Assembly: GCF_035594765.1 (NCBI RefSeq)
Contig: NC_085842.1
Location: forward strand, 10,043,256 to 10,107,255
Source of the DNA: Anolis carolinensis
Taxonomy: Eukaryota
Direction: 5' to 3'
DNA length: 64,000 nucleotides
In this document: positions 1-15,351 of the stretch, in pieces
How positions within the stretch are numbered: position 1 is the stretch's first letter
How the letters are laid out: each line of letters opens with the position of its first letter
Position numbers and translations under genes: made by a program
The notes under the pieces: model-generated
Database searches by the model: none
What the model was told of the DNA's origin: nothing
The model's input: the letters and a program-made list of their open reading frames with translations, nothing else

Positions 1-1168
<1,168 letters not shown>

Positions 1169-2023
1169 TGCACGGAATAGGAACAGAGCTTTAGAAAAAG
1201 TTCAGCATACAGTAGACATCACAGAACTCATGTACCTCTAGAGGAGACGGGCCTTTGAGTTTCCGAATCTATAAAAACACATTGGAAGCAAAGAGGAAGG
1301 CCAGCACCTTGCTCTCTCTCCACCATGAATCGGAGTTTGTGTGGCCTTGGTTGACGGCTACTGGGAGCAGGTGTCACTCAGAATGGCAGCAAGCTTGGAA
1401 GGGGTTCACCTAACCTCCTCCGCAAAGAGACCCATCGCAGGCTTCTAGGATGATGTGTGAAGGTTTGCTGAAATGAGCAGCAGCAGAGATCTCTGGATTA
1501 AAGGGTTCTGAAAAAGAATAGCTCTTTGGTTGCAGATAACGTCGTATCTTCATACTCCTGCCTTATTTCTTGGCTCTTCTGCATTCAATGGCATCAATTG
1601 TTTCCCATGCATGTGTACTGTATGTACTGTGATCTGTCCTGAGTCCCTTGGTTGAAATTTTGGGTGCTAGCCCTGTACTTTTAACCCTTTTCTGGACTTT
1701 GTTGTATCCTGAATCATTGACTCTAAATTCTGGACTGACGTCTAGGTTTCGTATATGGACTTGGACTTTGTTTGTATCCCTGACTTTCTGGCTTGACTTT
1801 GGGACTCTAAATTCGGTTTGTACTCTTGATTTCTTGGTTGTTGTTTTATCAACTCAGCTGAATGAACTCCTGGCATGTGACTGTTGGGACTGTGACCTTG
1901 GTTCTTGTTAATTTTCACTCCTGACCTGTATCTGCAGTACTCAACTTGTCCGCAATAATTGGACTCTTGACCTGCACTTGTATTCATTGTTCCTTCAACT
2001 GTGTTGCTCCAATTATTTTAGCT

Positions 2024-2386
2024 CAGTGGCTCCCAACCTTTTTTTAAACTAGGGATCATTTGACAAGGGACCACTCTCCAAAATTAGTACCAGAAGGGTT
2101 ATAAATCAGTTTTTGGTCAACTTTAGATTTGGTTTGGTTATTTGGAGTGATGATTCAGAAAATTGCATTGGATAGACCACGTCAGCTCTCATTCCTGATA
2201 TGCCATCCAGTTAGTCGTCATCTGCTCGCCCACAGAAAACCATATTTAATAATCCTCAGGACTATAAGAGGGTTTCGCGAGACCAGTCACTCTCATTGTA
2301 ATGGTGTAGTAACTGTGAGGCTGTGAACCCTATTTTAGTTCTTGCGGACCACTGGTGGTCCATGGACCCCAGGTTGGGAACCACTG
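2024..2386. mobile_element. hAT-superfamily non-autonomous element (MITE)
   Basis: TIRs cagtggctcccaacc / ggttgggaaccactg; 8-bp TSD ttttagct at 2016-2023 and 2387-2394. Second copy starts at 63755. Confidence 0.9.
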
Positions 2387-3519
2387 TTTTAGCTGGACTG
2401 AAGACTTTAGTTTTCCTATAAAATAATATGGTCTTGGCTTGTCTTGTGTTTGTTTAATAAACCTCAGACTTTATACCGAGAGAGCCCTGGAACATGAGAC
2501 CATCAGCCTTGCTTTGTGTGTACTTATCCCTGTGTAGAGTGAAACCCTTTCTGGATATGAGACTGTTCAATCCCCACCTTTGGCAAAGGGTCCATTAGGA
2601 CACACAGTATCCCTCCCCAACTGCAGAGAATGGAAGACAAAAAATGACTACAACGACTGATGAAGATTCATGAATCCGTTGAGATGGACATATTAACTAC
2701 ATTGATGAAGTATAGAACCGCATTGAAAGGAAATAAGAGTAAATAGAGATACAAATCATATAGTGAGTGAGTTTTGTAAATTAGCATTTGATGTCAGTTA
2801 GTTTTGTTCTTATTGTGCAAGGTGTGTGTCCTTGTTCCCTTTATATTTGTTAAATAGTCCTTTTAAAAAAAAATGTACCAAAATTATTATTTGTATAAAA
2901 TATTGTTTTTAAATACCAAAATTGTAATTTGTGTAAACCTAGTGGTGCCCAGGTGAGTTGAAAAAAGCATTTGTTGGCTGGGTTATTTGTCGACTGGGTT
3001 CAAGGCTCTCTGGCTAAGGGTGAACTACAACTCCCATATGCAAATGGCAGTCACCCCAAACCCTGCCAGTATTCAGTCGGCCATGTTGGGTTTGTGGGCC
3101 ATGTTTGGTCGAGAACTGTAGTCGGGTGGGTTTGGTGCTCTCTGGATGGGCATGAACCACGACTCCCATATTGCAAAGTCAATCGCCCCAAACCCTGCCA
3201 GTATTCAGTCCTATTGCAAGAAAGAAAACTACAAATCAATCTGAAGTTACACCTCTAGCAACTCAATGCGTACATATAACAATAACAATAATAATAATAA
3301 TTTTATTTCTTACTTGCCTCTCCTTGCAATTTGAGGGAGGTTACAACACAATTTTAAAAACACAAACATTGTCAAAATTCAACAAAGATATATATATATA
3401 AAACTAACTATAAAAGATCTACATTAAAATTGCCTTTCTATAAAATACATATTAAAGTCCATAAAACATCATACAAAGGACACAAGTTTAAAATATATAC
3501 CCCTCTCAAGGCCTTAAAT

Positions 3520-4238
3520 GCTGAACCTCGGATGCTGAACCAGTGCCTGGCCGCTGTGGCAGACTGGATGAGGAGGAACAAGCTGAGGATCAATCCTGAC
3601 AAGACAGAGGCCCTCCTGGTCAGTCGCTCGTCTGATCGGGGTATTGGGTGGCAGCCTGTGCTGGACCGGGTTGCACTCCCCCTGAAATCACAGGTCCGCA
3701 GTTTGGGGGTCCTCCTGGACTCAGTGTTGACGCTTGAGGCTCAGGTGTCGGCGGTGGCCGGGAGGGCCTTTGCACAACTCAAACTTGTGCGCCAACTGCG
3801 ACCATACCTCGTGAAGTCTGACTTGACCACGGTGGTGCATGCCTTAGTTACCTCTAGACTGGACTACTGTAATGCGCTCTACGTGGGGCTTCCCTTGAAG
3901 ACGGCCCGGAAATTACAACTGGTCCAACGCTCGGGTGCCAGATTAATAACGGGGGCAAGTTACAGGGAGAGATCCACTCCCTTGTTTAAGGAGCTCCACT
4001 GGCTGCCGTTCATCTTCCGGTCCCAATTCAAGGTGCAGACCATCATCTATAAAGCCCTAAACGGTTTGGGACCCACCTACCTCCGTGACCGTATCTCCCT
4101 CCATAAACCTGCCCGATCTTTACGATCATCCGGGGAGGCCCTTTTATCACCACTGTCTATATCCCAGGCCCGCCTTGTGAGTACAAGGGAGAGGGCCTTT
4201 TCTGCTGTGGCCCCCCGACTATGGAACTCACTGCCTAC
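3520..4238 (+). mobile_element. L2-clade LINE, RT C-terminal fragment
   Basis: ORF 3430-4293 with WMRRNKLRINPDKTE, LVTSRLDYCNALY, LHWLP, FSAVAPRLWNSLP motifs. Confidence 0.9.
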
Positions 4239-4241
4239 TGA

Positions 4242-4968
4242 AAGTCAGATCAGACTTCTCGAGGTACGGTCGCAGCTGGCGCACAAGTTTTAGTTGTGCA
4301 AAGGCCCTCCCGGCCACGGCCGACACCTGGGCCTCAAGCGTCAGCCCCGAATCCAGGAGGACCCCCAAGCTGCAATGGACCTGCGCCTTCAGGGGGAGTG
4401 CGACCCCGTCCAGCACAGGTTGCCACCCAATACCCCGATCAGACTTACAACTGACCTGGAGGACCTCTGTCTTGTCGGGATTAAGTCTCAGTTTGTTCAC
4501 CCTCATCCAGGCCAACACAGCGGCCAGGCACTGATCCAATATCCGAGGGGCTTCCTTGGAGTTTGGTGGAAAGGAGTAGTAGAGTTGAGTGTCATCCGCG
4601 TAGAGATGGCACCAGACTCCAATACTCCGGATGACCTCTCCCAGCGGTTTCATGTAGATGTTAAAAAGCATGGGGGACAGAATGGAACCTTGCGGGACCC
4701 CACAGGTCAAAGGCCAGGGGTCCGAGCAGGTGTCCCCCAGCTTCACCATCTGGGAACGGCCCTCCAGGAAGGACTGAAGCCACTGCAGAGCGGAACCCCC
4801 AAGGCCCATCCCGGAGAGACGTCCCAGAAGGAGACCATGGTCGATGGTCTCGAAAGCCGCTGAGATGTCCAAGAGAACCAGCAGGGTCACACTCCCCTGT
4901 CCAGCTCCCTGCGGAGGTCACCCACCAAGGCGACCAGAGCCGTCTCCAGGCCTGAAGCCAGACTGTGA
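4242..4968 (-). mobile_element. L2-clade LINE RT fragment, inverted relative to the adjacent L2
   Basis: ORF 4228-4890 with LLDISAAF, GVPQGSILSP, YADD motifs. Confidence 0.9.
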
Positions 4969-5039
4969 TTGGATAAGCGAGTGTTGGATAAGTGAGACTC
5001 TACTGTATATGGCAGTCATAATGAGGGAAGAGGAAACTG

Positions 5040-5950
5040 CCAGTCCCGTCAGACCTACACTTCAGGTTCCCAAGCGACACATTATGAAGCGGGGAAACCT
5101 CACCGAGCGGAGGCGGAGAGAGGAGGCTGCTTCCCCGACATGACCCGTCCACGCAGAGGTGCCTCCCGCTCCTTGGCCTGGCCCCCCCTTCTCCGCTTCA
5201 GCAGCCTGCCTGCAATGAGGAGCGGGCCAGGAGAGTCCGACCCAGAGGCGGGAAGGCGCCGGCGAGTCTCCCTGGAGACGGGTGACGCGGAGAGACGAGG
5301 CCGATTCCGATTGGCCGATCCCTTAGTGACCGTTAACGGCAGAAGGGCGGAGCGGGGGGCGGGGCGGGGGCGTTCCTGCCAGGAGACCGATGACGCCAGA
5401 GAGGAAGGCGGATTCTCATTGGCGGACGCTGGGCGTTGAGAGGAAGGAAAGAAGGGGCGTGTCTGTCCGCTTCTGTCTCTCCGCTTCTCTCGGGCCCCGC
5501 CCCTCTGTGGGAATCCTGCCCGCGGCCGCCATGTTTCTTGAGGGCGGAAGTCCTGCGAGAGGCGGGGAGACTCGGGGTGGGCGGGGCCGGGCGGCGCTCT
5601 TTCCTACCAGCGCCTTCGAGGGAAGGAAAGAAGGAAGGAGGCCTTTCGGAGAGAGAGAGAGAGAGAGAGGAGGGGGTGAGTGGGACTCTGCACCGAGATG
5701 ACGCCGCTCTGAGAGGAAGGCGGATTCTCATTGGGCGTTGGGAGGAAAGGAAAGAAGGGGCGTGTCTGTCCGCCTGCCTCTCCGTCTCGGGCCCCGCCCC
5801 TCTGTGGGTCTCCTGCCCGCGGCCGACATGTTTCTTGAGGGCGGAAGTGCAGCGAGAGGCGGGAACACTGGGGGGGGAGGGGCCGGGCGGCGCTCTTTCC
5901 TGTCAGAAGGAAGGAAGGAAAGAAGGAAGGAGGCCTTTCGGGGGGGGGGG

Positions 5951-5984
<34 letters not shown>

Positions 5985-6007
5985 GTGAGTGGGGGGAGGG
6001 ATGGGGG
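5040..6007 (+). promoter_or_regulatory. CpG-island promoter 1 with putative non-coding first exon(s) of B1
   Basis: Very CpG-rich; GC boxes, TGACG, ATTGG, GCGGAAGT (ETS), GCCGCCATGTTT (YY1-like); GTGAGT donors at ~5676 and ~5985; homologous to 24600-25140. Confidence 0.75.
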
Positions 6008-6253
6008 NNNNNNNNNNNNNNNNNNNNNNNNNNNNNNNNNNNNNNNNNNNNNNNNNNNNNNNNNNNNNNNNNNNNNNNNNNNNNNNNNNNNNNNNNNNNN
6101 NNNNNNNNNNNNNNNNNNNNNNNNNNNNNNNNNNNNNNNNNNNNNNNNNNNNNNNNNNNNNNNNNNNNNNNNNNNNNNNNNNNNNNNNNNNNNNNNNNNN
6201 NNNNNNNNNNNNNNNNNNNNNNNNNNNNNNNNNNNNNNNNNNNNNNNNNNNNN
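6008..6253. other. assembly gap (N run)
   Basis: 246 N. Confidence 1.
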
Positions 6254-6298
6254 GCCTATTCATTCAAATGCGCTCTGGAACAACCATGTTTTCAATTC

Positions 6299-6785
6299 CT
6301 CTCGCTCCCGCCTTTGTCTCAAATGCGGCTGGTGGGGACGAGGGAGGGAGAGGGCCTTCTCGGCAGTGGCCCCCCGGCTCTGGAACTCTCTCCCTAAGGA
6401 GATCAGGTTAGCTCCTTCCCTGCCCATTTTCCGCCGGGAATTAAAAACATGGATGTTCCAGAGCGCATTTGAATAAATAGGCCCAATAGAGCTGTCATCA
6501 GAATACTTCTTTATGTTTTAAAAGCATATGGCACTTTATTGCTGTTACTTATTTCCATTAAACAGCACTTTATGAAACCTGTCCCCACTGGTTTGCTTTT
6601 AATTACTCTGATTTTATCTGCTTGGATTTTAATGTATTTATTATTTATTTTGTGAGTCTGGAATGTTTTTGGTCAAATGTCTTGTGTTGTTGGTTTCGGG
6701 CTTGTCCCTGTTGTAAGCCACCCCGGGTCCCTTTGGGGAGATGGGGCGGGATATAAAAATAAAGTTTATTATTATTATTTATATT
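6299..6785 (+). mobile_element. L2 LINE 3' end with (TTA)n tail
   Basis: RAFSAVAPRLWNSLP...ELKTWMF*; L2-type 3' stem-loop tgtaagccaccccgggtccc...; same family as 28450-28975 on the - strand. Confidence 0.85.
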
Positions 6786-6987
6786 ATAACAGATTTCATA
6801 TGCAATAGAGTAACAGTGTAAATCAATGTTTCTCAACCAGGGGGTCGGGACCCCTGGGTAGGTCACGAGGGGGATGTCAGAGGTGTTGTCAAAGACCATC
6901 AGAAACACATATTTCTGATGGTCTTAGGAACCCCTTTGGCAGTCCTTGTGAATGTGATCAACAAATTCTCTGGTTAATTGGGGACCA

Positions 6988-8597
6988 TTTTATTTATTTA
7001 TTTATTTATTTTATTAGACTTGTATACCGCTACTCCCAGTTTGGCTCGGAGCGGTTTACAGAAATAGATTAAAACAATACACTTAGCTTTAAATTAACAA
7101 TAACAACAATAAAAACAACAATAAAAACAGACATAGCCCCGAGTTTTTCACCCATTGAATGCTTGTCGGAAGAGCAAGGCTACAATCGAGAAGGCTCTCT
7201 GCCTAGTAGAAGACAAATGATAAGTCCGTATGTTAGGGACTTCAAGCAAATTTTGGTCTTTGGACCGAAGTAATCTCTGGGGTTGGTAGGGGGATAAGCG
7301 GGCCCTCAGGTACGCCGGCCCCAAACCATGTAAGGCCTTAAAGATTAGTACCAGTATCTTGAAAGTAGTCCGGTACTCAATCGGTAGCCAGTGCAGCTGT
7401 TGTAGAATTGGGGTGATACGCCACCTCGCCGGCACCCCGGTGAGAAGACGAGCTGCCGCATTTTGCACCAGCTTCAGTTTCCGGATCACTGACAGAGGAA
7501 GGCCAATGTAGAGGGCGTTACAGTAGCCGAGCCTCAAGGTGACCGTCGCCTGGATCACCGTAGCCAGGTCGTTCCTAGAAAGGTAGGGAGCCAGTCGCCT
7601 AGCCTGACGTAGATGGAAAAACGCAGATCTGCTCACAGCAGAGACCTGGGCCTCCATTGTGAGCAGAGGGTCCAATAAGACACCAAGACTTTTTACAGAA
7701 GATGACGGACGCAGTGTCTCGCCATCCAGGGTAGGCAGCTGCATCTCCCCCCCACCCGGACGGCCCAGCCAAAGGATCTCTGTCTTCGCTGGATTCACCC
7801 TCAACCTGCTGGCACGCAACCATCCAGTAACGGCCTCAGGGCACTGATGGAAACTATCGGGTACGGAGTCCGACCGGCCCTCCATCCTCAGAATGAGCTG
7901 TGTGTCATCAGCGTACTGGTGGCACTCAAGCCCAAAGCTCCGCAGCAGTCGGGCAAGCGGTCGCAAATAGATGTTAAATAATAGAGGAGAGAGAATAGCT
8001 CCCTGTGGGACCCCACAAGTTAGTGGAGACCACGCGGAAACCATCCCTCCCCTCACCACCCGCTGTCCCTGATTCTGGAGGAAGGAGGACACCCATTTAA
8101 GGGGTATCCCCCTAACCCCCATCATGGCTAGGCGGTGGGTCAATAGATTGTGATTGACCGTATCAAATGCTGCTGTGAGATCCAATAACACGAGCAGCGC
8201 TGATCCGCCTTGATCCCTTTGGCAGCGAAGCTGATCTGTGATGGCAACTAGCACAGTCTCCGTCCCGTGCCCCCTACGGAAGCCGGACTGGAAGCGATCA
8301 AGTCCGGCTGTGTCATTGAGGAACTGCTGCAACTGTTCCGCTGCTGCCCTCTCAACCACCTTGCCCAGAAACGGAAGATTCGAGACTGGGCGGTAGCTGG
8401 GGGGAACCGAACGATCCAAGTCTGGTTTCTTCAGCAGCGGAGAGACCATCGCCTCTTTTAAACCCTCTGGAAAAACTCCTTGCTCAAGGGAGCTATTTAT
8501 TATATTCAACAGAGGTTCACGTAATCCCTCCAGGCAAGATTTTACTAGCCAGGAGGGACACGGATCGAGGGAGCAGGTGGTCGGCCTAGTTGCAGTC
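6988..8597 (-). mobile_element. L2-clade LINE, 5'-truncated RT region
   Basis: ORF 7148-8686: TTCSLDPCP, YRPVSNLPFLGK, QSGFR, GVPQGAILSP, YADD; (TTTA)n tail near 6990-7010. Confidence 0.92.
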
Positions 8598-9753
8598 ATC
8601 TGGTGGCACAAGCTATACCTGGTACTACCCAGATGACGGTCAGAAGCATCATCTTTAGCACATAATTTTAGTTCGAGCCACAACATTGTCTCCTGTGCAA
8701 AAGCAAACTTTTGCCTTTATTTTTCCTTCATTTACAATGTAATGTCTTCCTGTCCTTGTTGCCTTTCTATGAATCCGCTGCAGTTTGCCAATGTCCTTTC
8801 TAAAATGGACTGAACTGAGCAGAACTGGGCAGGAATCATGATGTCTCCCACCCAAGGGTGCTGTTGGAGTGCAGAAGGATCTGGAGGGCAGCAGGATTCC
8901 CACTCACCCTGGGGGTCTATCCATCTGTCTCCTCTATACCGCCTTCTCTCATGTACTGCTGCTAGGCTGAGTGCCTTGGCTCTGGCTGAAGTTACATACC
9001 TTTGTGGTATAGGTTTTGTAAGAATGCAGTATGTCAAGGAACTTTGTGGCCTAATGTGCTCTCAGTGTCTCCAGGCGCCTTGCTTTAGAAACGTGGGGCA
9101 GGGATCACGCTGCAGGGAAAGAGAGGATCAGGGAAATATCTTTTTCCCGAGTTGGGAGAAATCTACACAAGAAAATGAAGTATTTTTCTCCCAAGACTGA
9201 TCACTTGGGATAGTCTGTCCATACAGATGGCCACTCAGATTTTGAGTGGAGATGTGAAGAAGCGGGATCTAGGTAGGAAATGCTTTGCATCGTTAGCCCC
9301 TTTCCGTGTTGACCATATTATTAGAGGCCTTCCTTTACCAAGGTTGGATTAGACACAGGATCTTAGGCCGCTATCCCCTTTGCAGGGATTGTTCTTTGTT
9401 GGGCAAGTGTTAAAGTGCTTCTCAGGAGGCAACGGGCTCTTACCAGTTGGGCCAGTCTTTCTCCCCTCTTCCCCTGTGATTGCTACAGCACTAGGCTATT
9501 GTTCTTCATGTTCAATGAGATCTTTCTGTACTCTGCTCCTAATAAGATTTTCCTCTTATTCATCTCGCAGGTAACCTCTAAACGAACCTTATGAAGAAAA
9601 CATTGCCGTTTACCTTACGTCTGAAAGGAAAATACGCAGGATTAACAAGAAGAAGAAATAAATTGGAGAAATTATATTTCAAGCTACATACCTTTAAATG
9701 TAAGGAAAGGGAGGATTGTGCTGTAAAAAGAGGGGTTGGTAAAGAGAAAATAA

Positions 9754-10827
<1,074 letters not shown>

Positions 10828-10924
10828 GACAAGTGCCAAGAAGCCAGAATGTTTGTCCAAAGAACTTCTAACGACTATGACTCAAAAGAGACATGAACAG
10901 GAAGTGGAAGGGGAAGAAATCACA

Positions 10925-11460
10925 AAATCATATAACCAGAGAGTTGGAAGAGACCTCATGGGACATCTAGTCCAACCCCCTGCCAAGAAGCAGGAAATTC
11001 CATTCAAAGCACCCCGGACAGATGGCCATCCAGCCTCTGCTTAAAAGCCTCCAAAGAAGGTTCCACAGCTGAACTGCTCTCACAGTGAGGAAGTTCTTCC
11101 TTATGTTCAGGTGGAATCCCCTTTCCTGTAGTTTGAAGCCATTATTCTGCATCCTAGTTTGCAGAGCAGCAGAAAACAAGCTTGCTCCCTCCTCCTTATG
11201 GGATTTTGGCCTGCATAAATAGGGGCAGAGTGTCTAGATCCAGGGAAGTCATGCTCCCCCTCTATTCTGCCTTGGTCAGACCACTTTACCTGGAATCACA
11301 CTGTGTCTAGTTCTGGGCACTGCAATTGAAAGGACACGTTGAAAAGCTGGAAGGTGTCCAGAGTATGGCGACTAAAATGATCAAGGGTCTGGAGAACAAG
11401 CCCCATGGGGAGCGGCTTAAAGACCTGGGCATGTTTAGCCTGCAGAAGAGAAGGCTGAGA
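10925..11460. mobile_element. CR1 LINE fragments (3' end on - strand ~10925-11185; RT fragment on + ~11200-11460); paralog ~35290-35720
   Basis: NNGFKLQE..FHLNIRKNFLTVRAV on -; gagttggaagagacctcatggg CR1 tail motif. Confidence 0.8.
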
Positions 11461-11689
11461 GAAGAATGAATAAATGCATGTACAAGTATATATGAAAATA
11501 TCAATCTGGGTTTGTAAAAGGAAGACAAATGTCACGTTTGATAGGAAGAGTATTAAACAAAATATGTGTGTCTCAAGAGAGGAAGTTAAAAGTGGGGATA
11601 CTAGCATTAGATATATTTAATGCCTTGATTGTGTAGCATGGCAGATAATAAGTGAGATTATGAATTAATTTGGAATGGGAAGTAGAATA

Positions 11690-13330
11690 AAAGGATGATT
11701 AGAACCATTTTATTTGCTATGGTGATAGAATTATGTGCAAACGCCATCCAAAAAGGTAAGAATGTAGAAGGTGTAGGAATAAAGGAAAAGCAGAAGGTGA
11801 GCTTATTTGCTGATGACACATTGTTATTGATTAAATATCTGGGTAGGTCAAATGGATAGGAGAAAGGATCATTGAAAGATATTTGGGAAAACAACGGGTT
11901 TATATTATACAAAGAAAGAAGACTTTATAGAACACAGCCATACGGGAATTAGAATCAAGAACAAATTAATATACCTGGGAGTAAGTATAACAAAGGACTT
12001 AAAAGAAATAGAAGAGGCAAATGTAGTAGCATTGAGGAAAATAGTTCGAAAAAATTAATACACATCTATCTTGGTTTGGAAAGACAGCAATACTAAAAAT
12101 GAAAATGCTTCTGAGGATAAACTTTATACTTACATATACCTTATATTTATAATGCCATTTCAGATTACAGAAGAAGAGTTGAATACATTATTTCTTTGCA
12201 ACATTTCTACCCCACCTTTCTCCACCCCAAAGGAGACTCATTTGGACAAATGATAAATACTGTAATGGCAGTCAAAGAAATTGACTAAACAAATTACAGA
12301 ACAGATCTCAAAAAGAAGAAGGATTGGCGCTTCCTCATATCAAAAAATATTATAAAGCAAACAGACTGAGATTGGTTATACAAGGAATGATGAAAAGGAG
12401 GATGTAGAATAGTTAATAATGGATTCAGGAAAAGCAGAAGAAGAAATTCGGAATAGGTTTTAAAATAGTTTATGAGAAAAAAAATAAGGTAAACTGGGAA
12501 CCCAATGTTGAGTAATGCATTAGAAATATGGAACAAATACAGGAGAAAGTTAATAACAGATGGCTCAATAATAACCCCAATTATAATGGAAAAGACATTT
12601 CCAAAAAATAAAATATATATATGATGGATAAAAAAATTAAGGGGAAAAACTTAGATAAAATAGGGGATTGGCTAAAGGTTGGAATGAAGAAAGAAAAGAT
12701 CAGGAACATAAAAATTTGAAAGGAATATCCAGTAAAATTTCTAAAATATTAATTGAAAAAAACAAAGGAAAAGTAAAGAATAACACCTTCAAGAAGATTT
12801 GGAAAGAAGATATAGGAATGAAAATCAATGAAACAGAGGGGTTTCATTGGGGACAAAGACACTTGAAAAATATATCCATATGTGTTAAAGAAAATTATTA
12901 TTTAGTTGATATGGAAATGGTACCTCACACCCATAAGAATAGGAAATATAAATAAAAACTACTCAAACAATTGCTGGAGAGGATGCCAAGAATCGGGAAC
13001 ATACATACATATGTGGTGGCAGTGTCAATATGTAAATAATTTCTGGGGAAAGGTATTAAGAGAGATAGACACAATGAACATTCAAATAGAAAGAAGTCTT
13101 AGCATGGCTTTATTCTCATTCTATAATAATAAACAGTTGGAAAAAGAGGACAAAGATGCGATAACAAACGCATTAACAATTGCAAGACTGCTTATAGCAA
13201 GGAATTGGAAAAGGGAAATAAATATAGAGATAGAAGAATGGTATAAGGAAGTATGGAAACTGGGAAGAAATGATAGGTTGACGTGGAGAGGGATTTAGAA
13301 ACAAAGTGGTTGTGATGATGTCTGGAGAAA
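11690..13330 (+). mobile_element. decayed L1 ORF2 (RT and C-terminal cysteine-rich domain)
   Basis: KVSLFADD near 11800; WYLTP...CWRGCQESGTYIHMWWQC; A-rich strand. Confidence 0.88.
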
Positions 13331-15351
13331 ATGTATTGGAAGAGGATTCGAAAAGAAAGACAGAATTGCCTCCTCAAGAGGGAATGAAAAGAAATTTTGG
13401 ACAGATGATAAATAAAAAAGTGACTTGGGGGAGGGAACACGGTGGTGAGGGTAAGAAATCTGTATAAGCGTGAAAATAACAGTAGATGCCAAATGTTAAT
13501 GTATTGTAGATTGTACTGAATATTATGTGGCTGCTGTAAAAGGATGTACGATTTTTAAAAAAAATAATAATAAATGTATTTGTAATTTGTATAAATATGC
13601 ATTTGTTTTTCTTTCTTGTCTTTGAACAGAAATTATTTTTAAAAACAGATTATGATGTAGCAGCTATAAAAGCCAATGTGATTCCAGGCTGTCCCGATAG
13701 GAGGATTCTGTCTATATCCAAGGAAGTCACGGCCTCCTTTCTTCTGCTTTGGTCAGACTCACCTGGAATGACCCTGTCTCCAGGTCTCGGTCCCACAATT
13801 CAAGACGGATATTGACAGGTCAGAATATCTCCAGAGACGGGATGTAGAGAAGGGCGGAGAGAGACAGCTGGGTATGTTTCACTTGGAGGAAAGAAGGAAG
13901 GGCTTCTCCCTCGGCAGGAAGGAAATGTTGGATCCCAAAAGGGTTGGCCGTGGTCAGGATGAGAGGTGGACGGAGAGGAAAGGCGTGTCCATGAGACCCC
14001 GTGTTGCCTCCTCCTGGAATGGACTCCTAGGACCCTAGAGCCGGAAGAGACCCCCAAGGGCCACCCCGTCCTGCCCCCTGCCATGCAGGAAGGCACAATC
14101 AAAGCACTCCTGATAGAGAGCCTCTGCAGAGAAGCCTCCAGAGCAGGACACTCCACCACACTCTGAGGCAGCCTAGGCCACTCTCCAACAGCCCTTACTC
14201 GTTCTTATTGTGTATCTTTGTATATTAACAGAAGACCTGTAAATAGTTATAAGTAGTGAATAAATCAAGAATAAAACCTCCAAGGACTTTGGATGAAAGT
14301 CAGAACTCAAGAGTGTTTATTCAGAGACGAACTACTTTACAAGGCCAGAGGCTGTGAAACTGTGACCAGGACTCTGCAGTGTTTTGGGGGTTGGAATCCA
14401 CTCCTTGCCTATGAGACAGTCTGTCCCATTGTATAGCTGGAGGAGGCCGTGAGAGGACTGAATTCACCTGCCTGTCTAGCAGGGGTCTTGTGTGTGTGTT
14501 TTCCTCTGCTTCTCCTTTCCTTCCATCACTCATTAACACTGACTAGTTGTGCAGGCCTCACCTACACAACAGAAAGCATTTCCTGAAGGTCAGAGCTGTT
14601 CAGTAGTGGAGTCTGCTCCTATCGGGAGTCCATAAGAGTCTCCTTTGGAGGTTTTTAAGCTGAGATGGTATGACCATCTGTTGGGGGTGCTTTGGTGGTT
14701 TATTCCTGCGTGGTCTGAAGATGATTAGCCCCTCAGCACACAACCCAAACTGACTGGGAGGAGGAGGAAGAGATGTGTGTTCTTTCGCCATGAAACCACT
14801 GATCCCGTGGGTCGTGGAGTCCAGCCCCATTCTCTCCAAGCAGCGTCACCAGCCAGACCATCCTCCGCAGGTCGCTCTCCAGCCCCTTTTTGGGGTCACC
14901 CAGAGAGAGGAACCCCCCCATCTCTCTAGGCCCTTGCCTTCTTACCCAAATCAGAGATTCACAGAATAGTATATTTGGAAGAGACCACGAGGGCCATCTA
15001 GTCCAACCCCCTTCTGCCAGGCAGGAAAAGCAGAATCCCTTGCCAGAATCCCCGCAGGGTTCAATACTGTCTCCCACGCTGTGTAACATCTACATGAAGC
15101 CGTTGGGAGAGATCATCTGAAGTTTTGGAGTTCAATGTCATCTGTACGCAGAGGTCTTCCTTGTCAGTCGCAAGGCCAAACAGGGCACAGGGTCACAGCC
15201 TGTGTTGGATGGGTTACCTGTCCAAACGTCTCTCCCCTTATGAACCATCTCGGAGTCTAAGACCGTCTGCAGAGGCCCTGCTCTCAATCCCGCCCTCTTC
15301 GCTGGCATGATTGGCAGGGATGAGAGACAGGGCCTTCCTTCTCGGTAGTGG

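Noticed and set aside
1230-2560. Possible LTR in the A 3' region
   Set aside because: LTR-like composition and an AATAAA at ~2456, but termini and TSD could not be defined.
5436-6476. ORFs crossing N gaps and GC-rich promoter ORFs (also 55322-56453)
   Set aside because: Open only because of Ns, microsatellites and high GC.
7148-8686. Domesticated 512-aa RT gene
   Set aside because: 5'-truncated L2 with non-ATG start; its paralog has a stop and a frameshift.
14740-14900. GC-rich exon-like segment (paralog ~38440-38600); similar doubt for ~47740-48100
   Set aside because: No recognisable domain or convincing splice-site pair.
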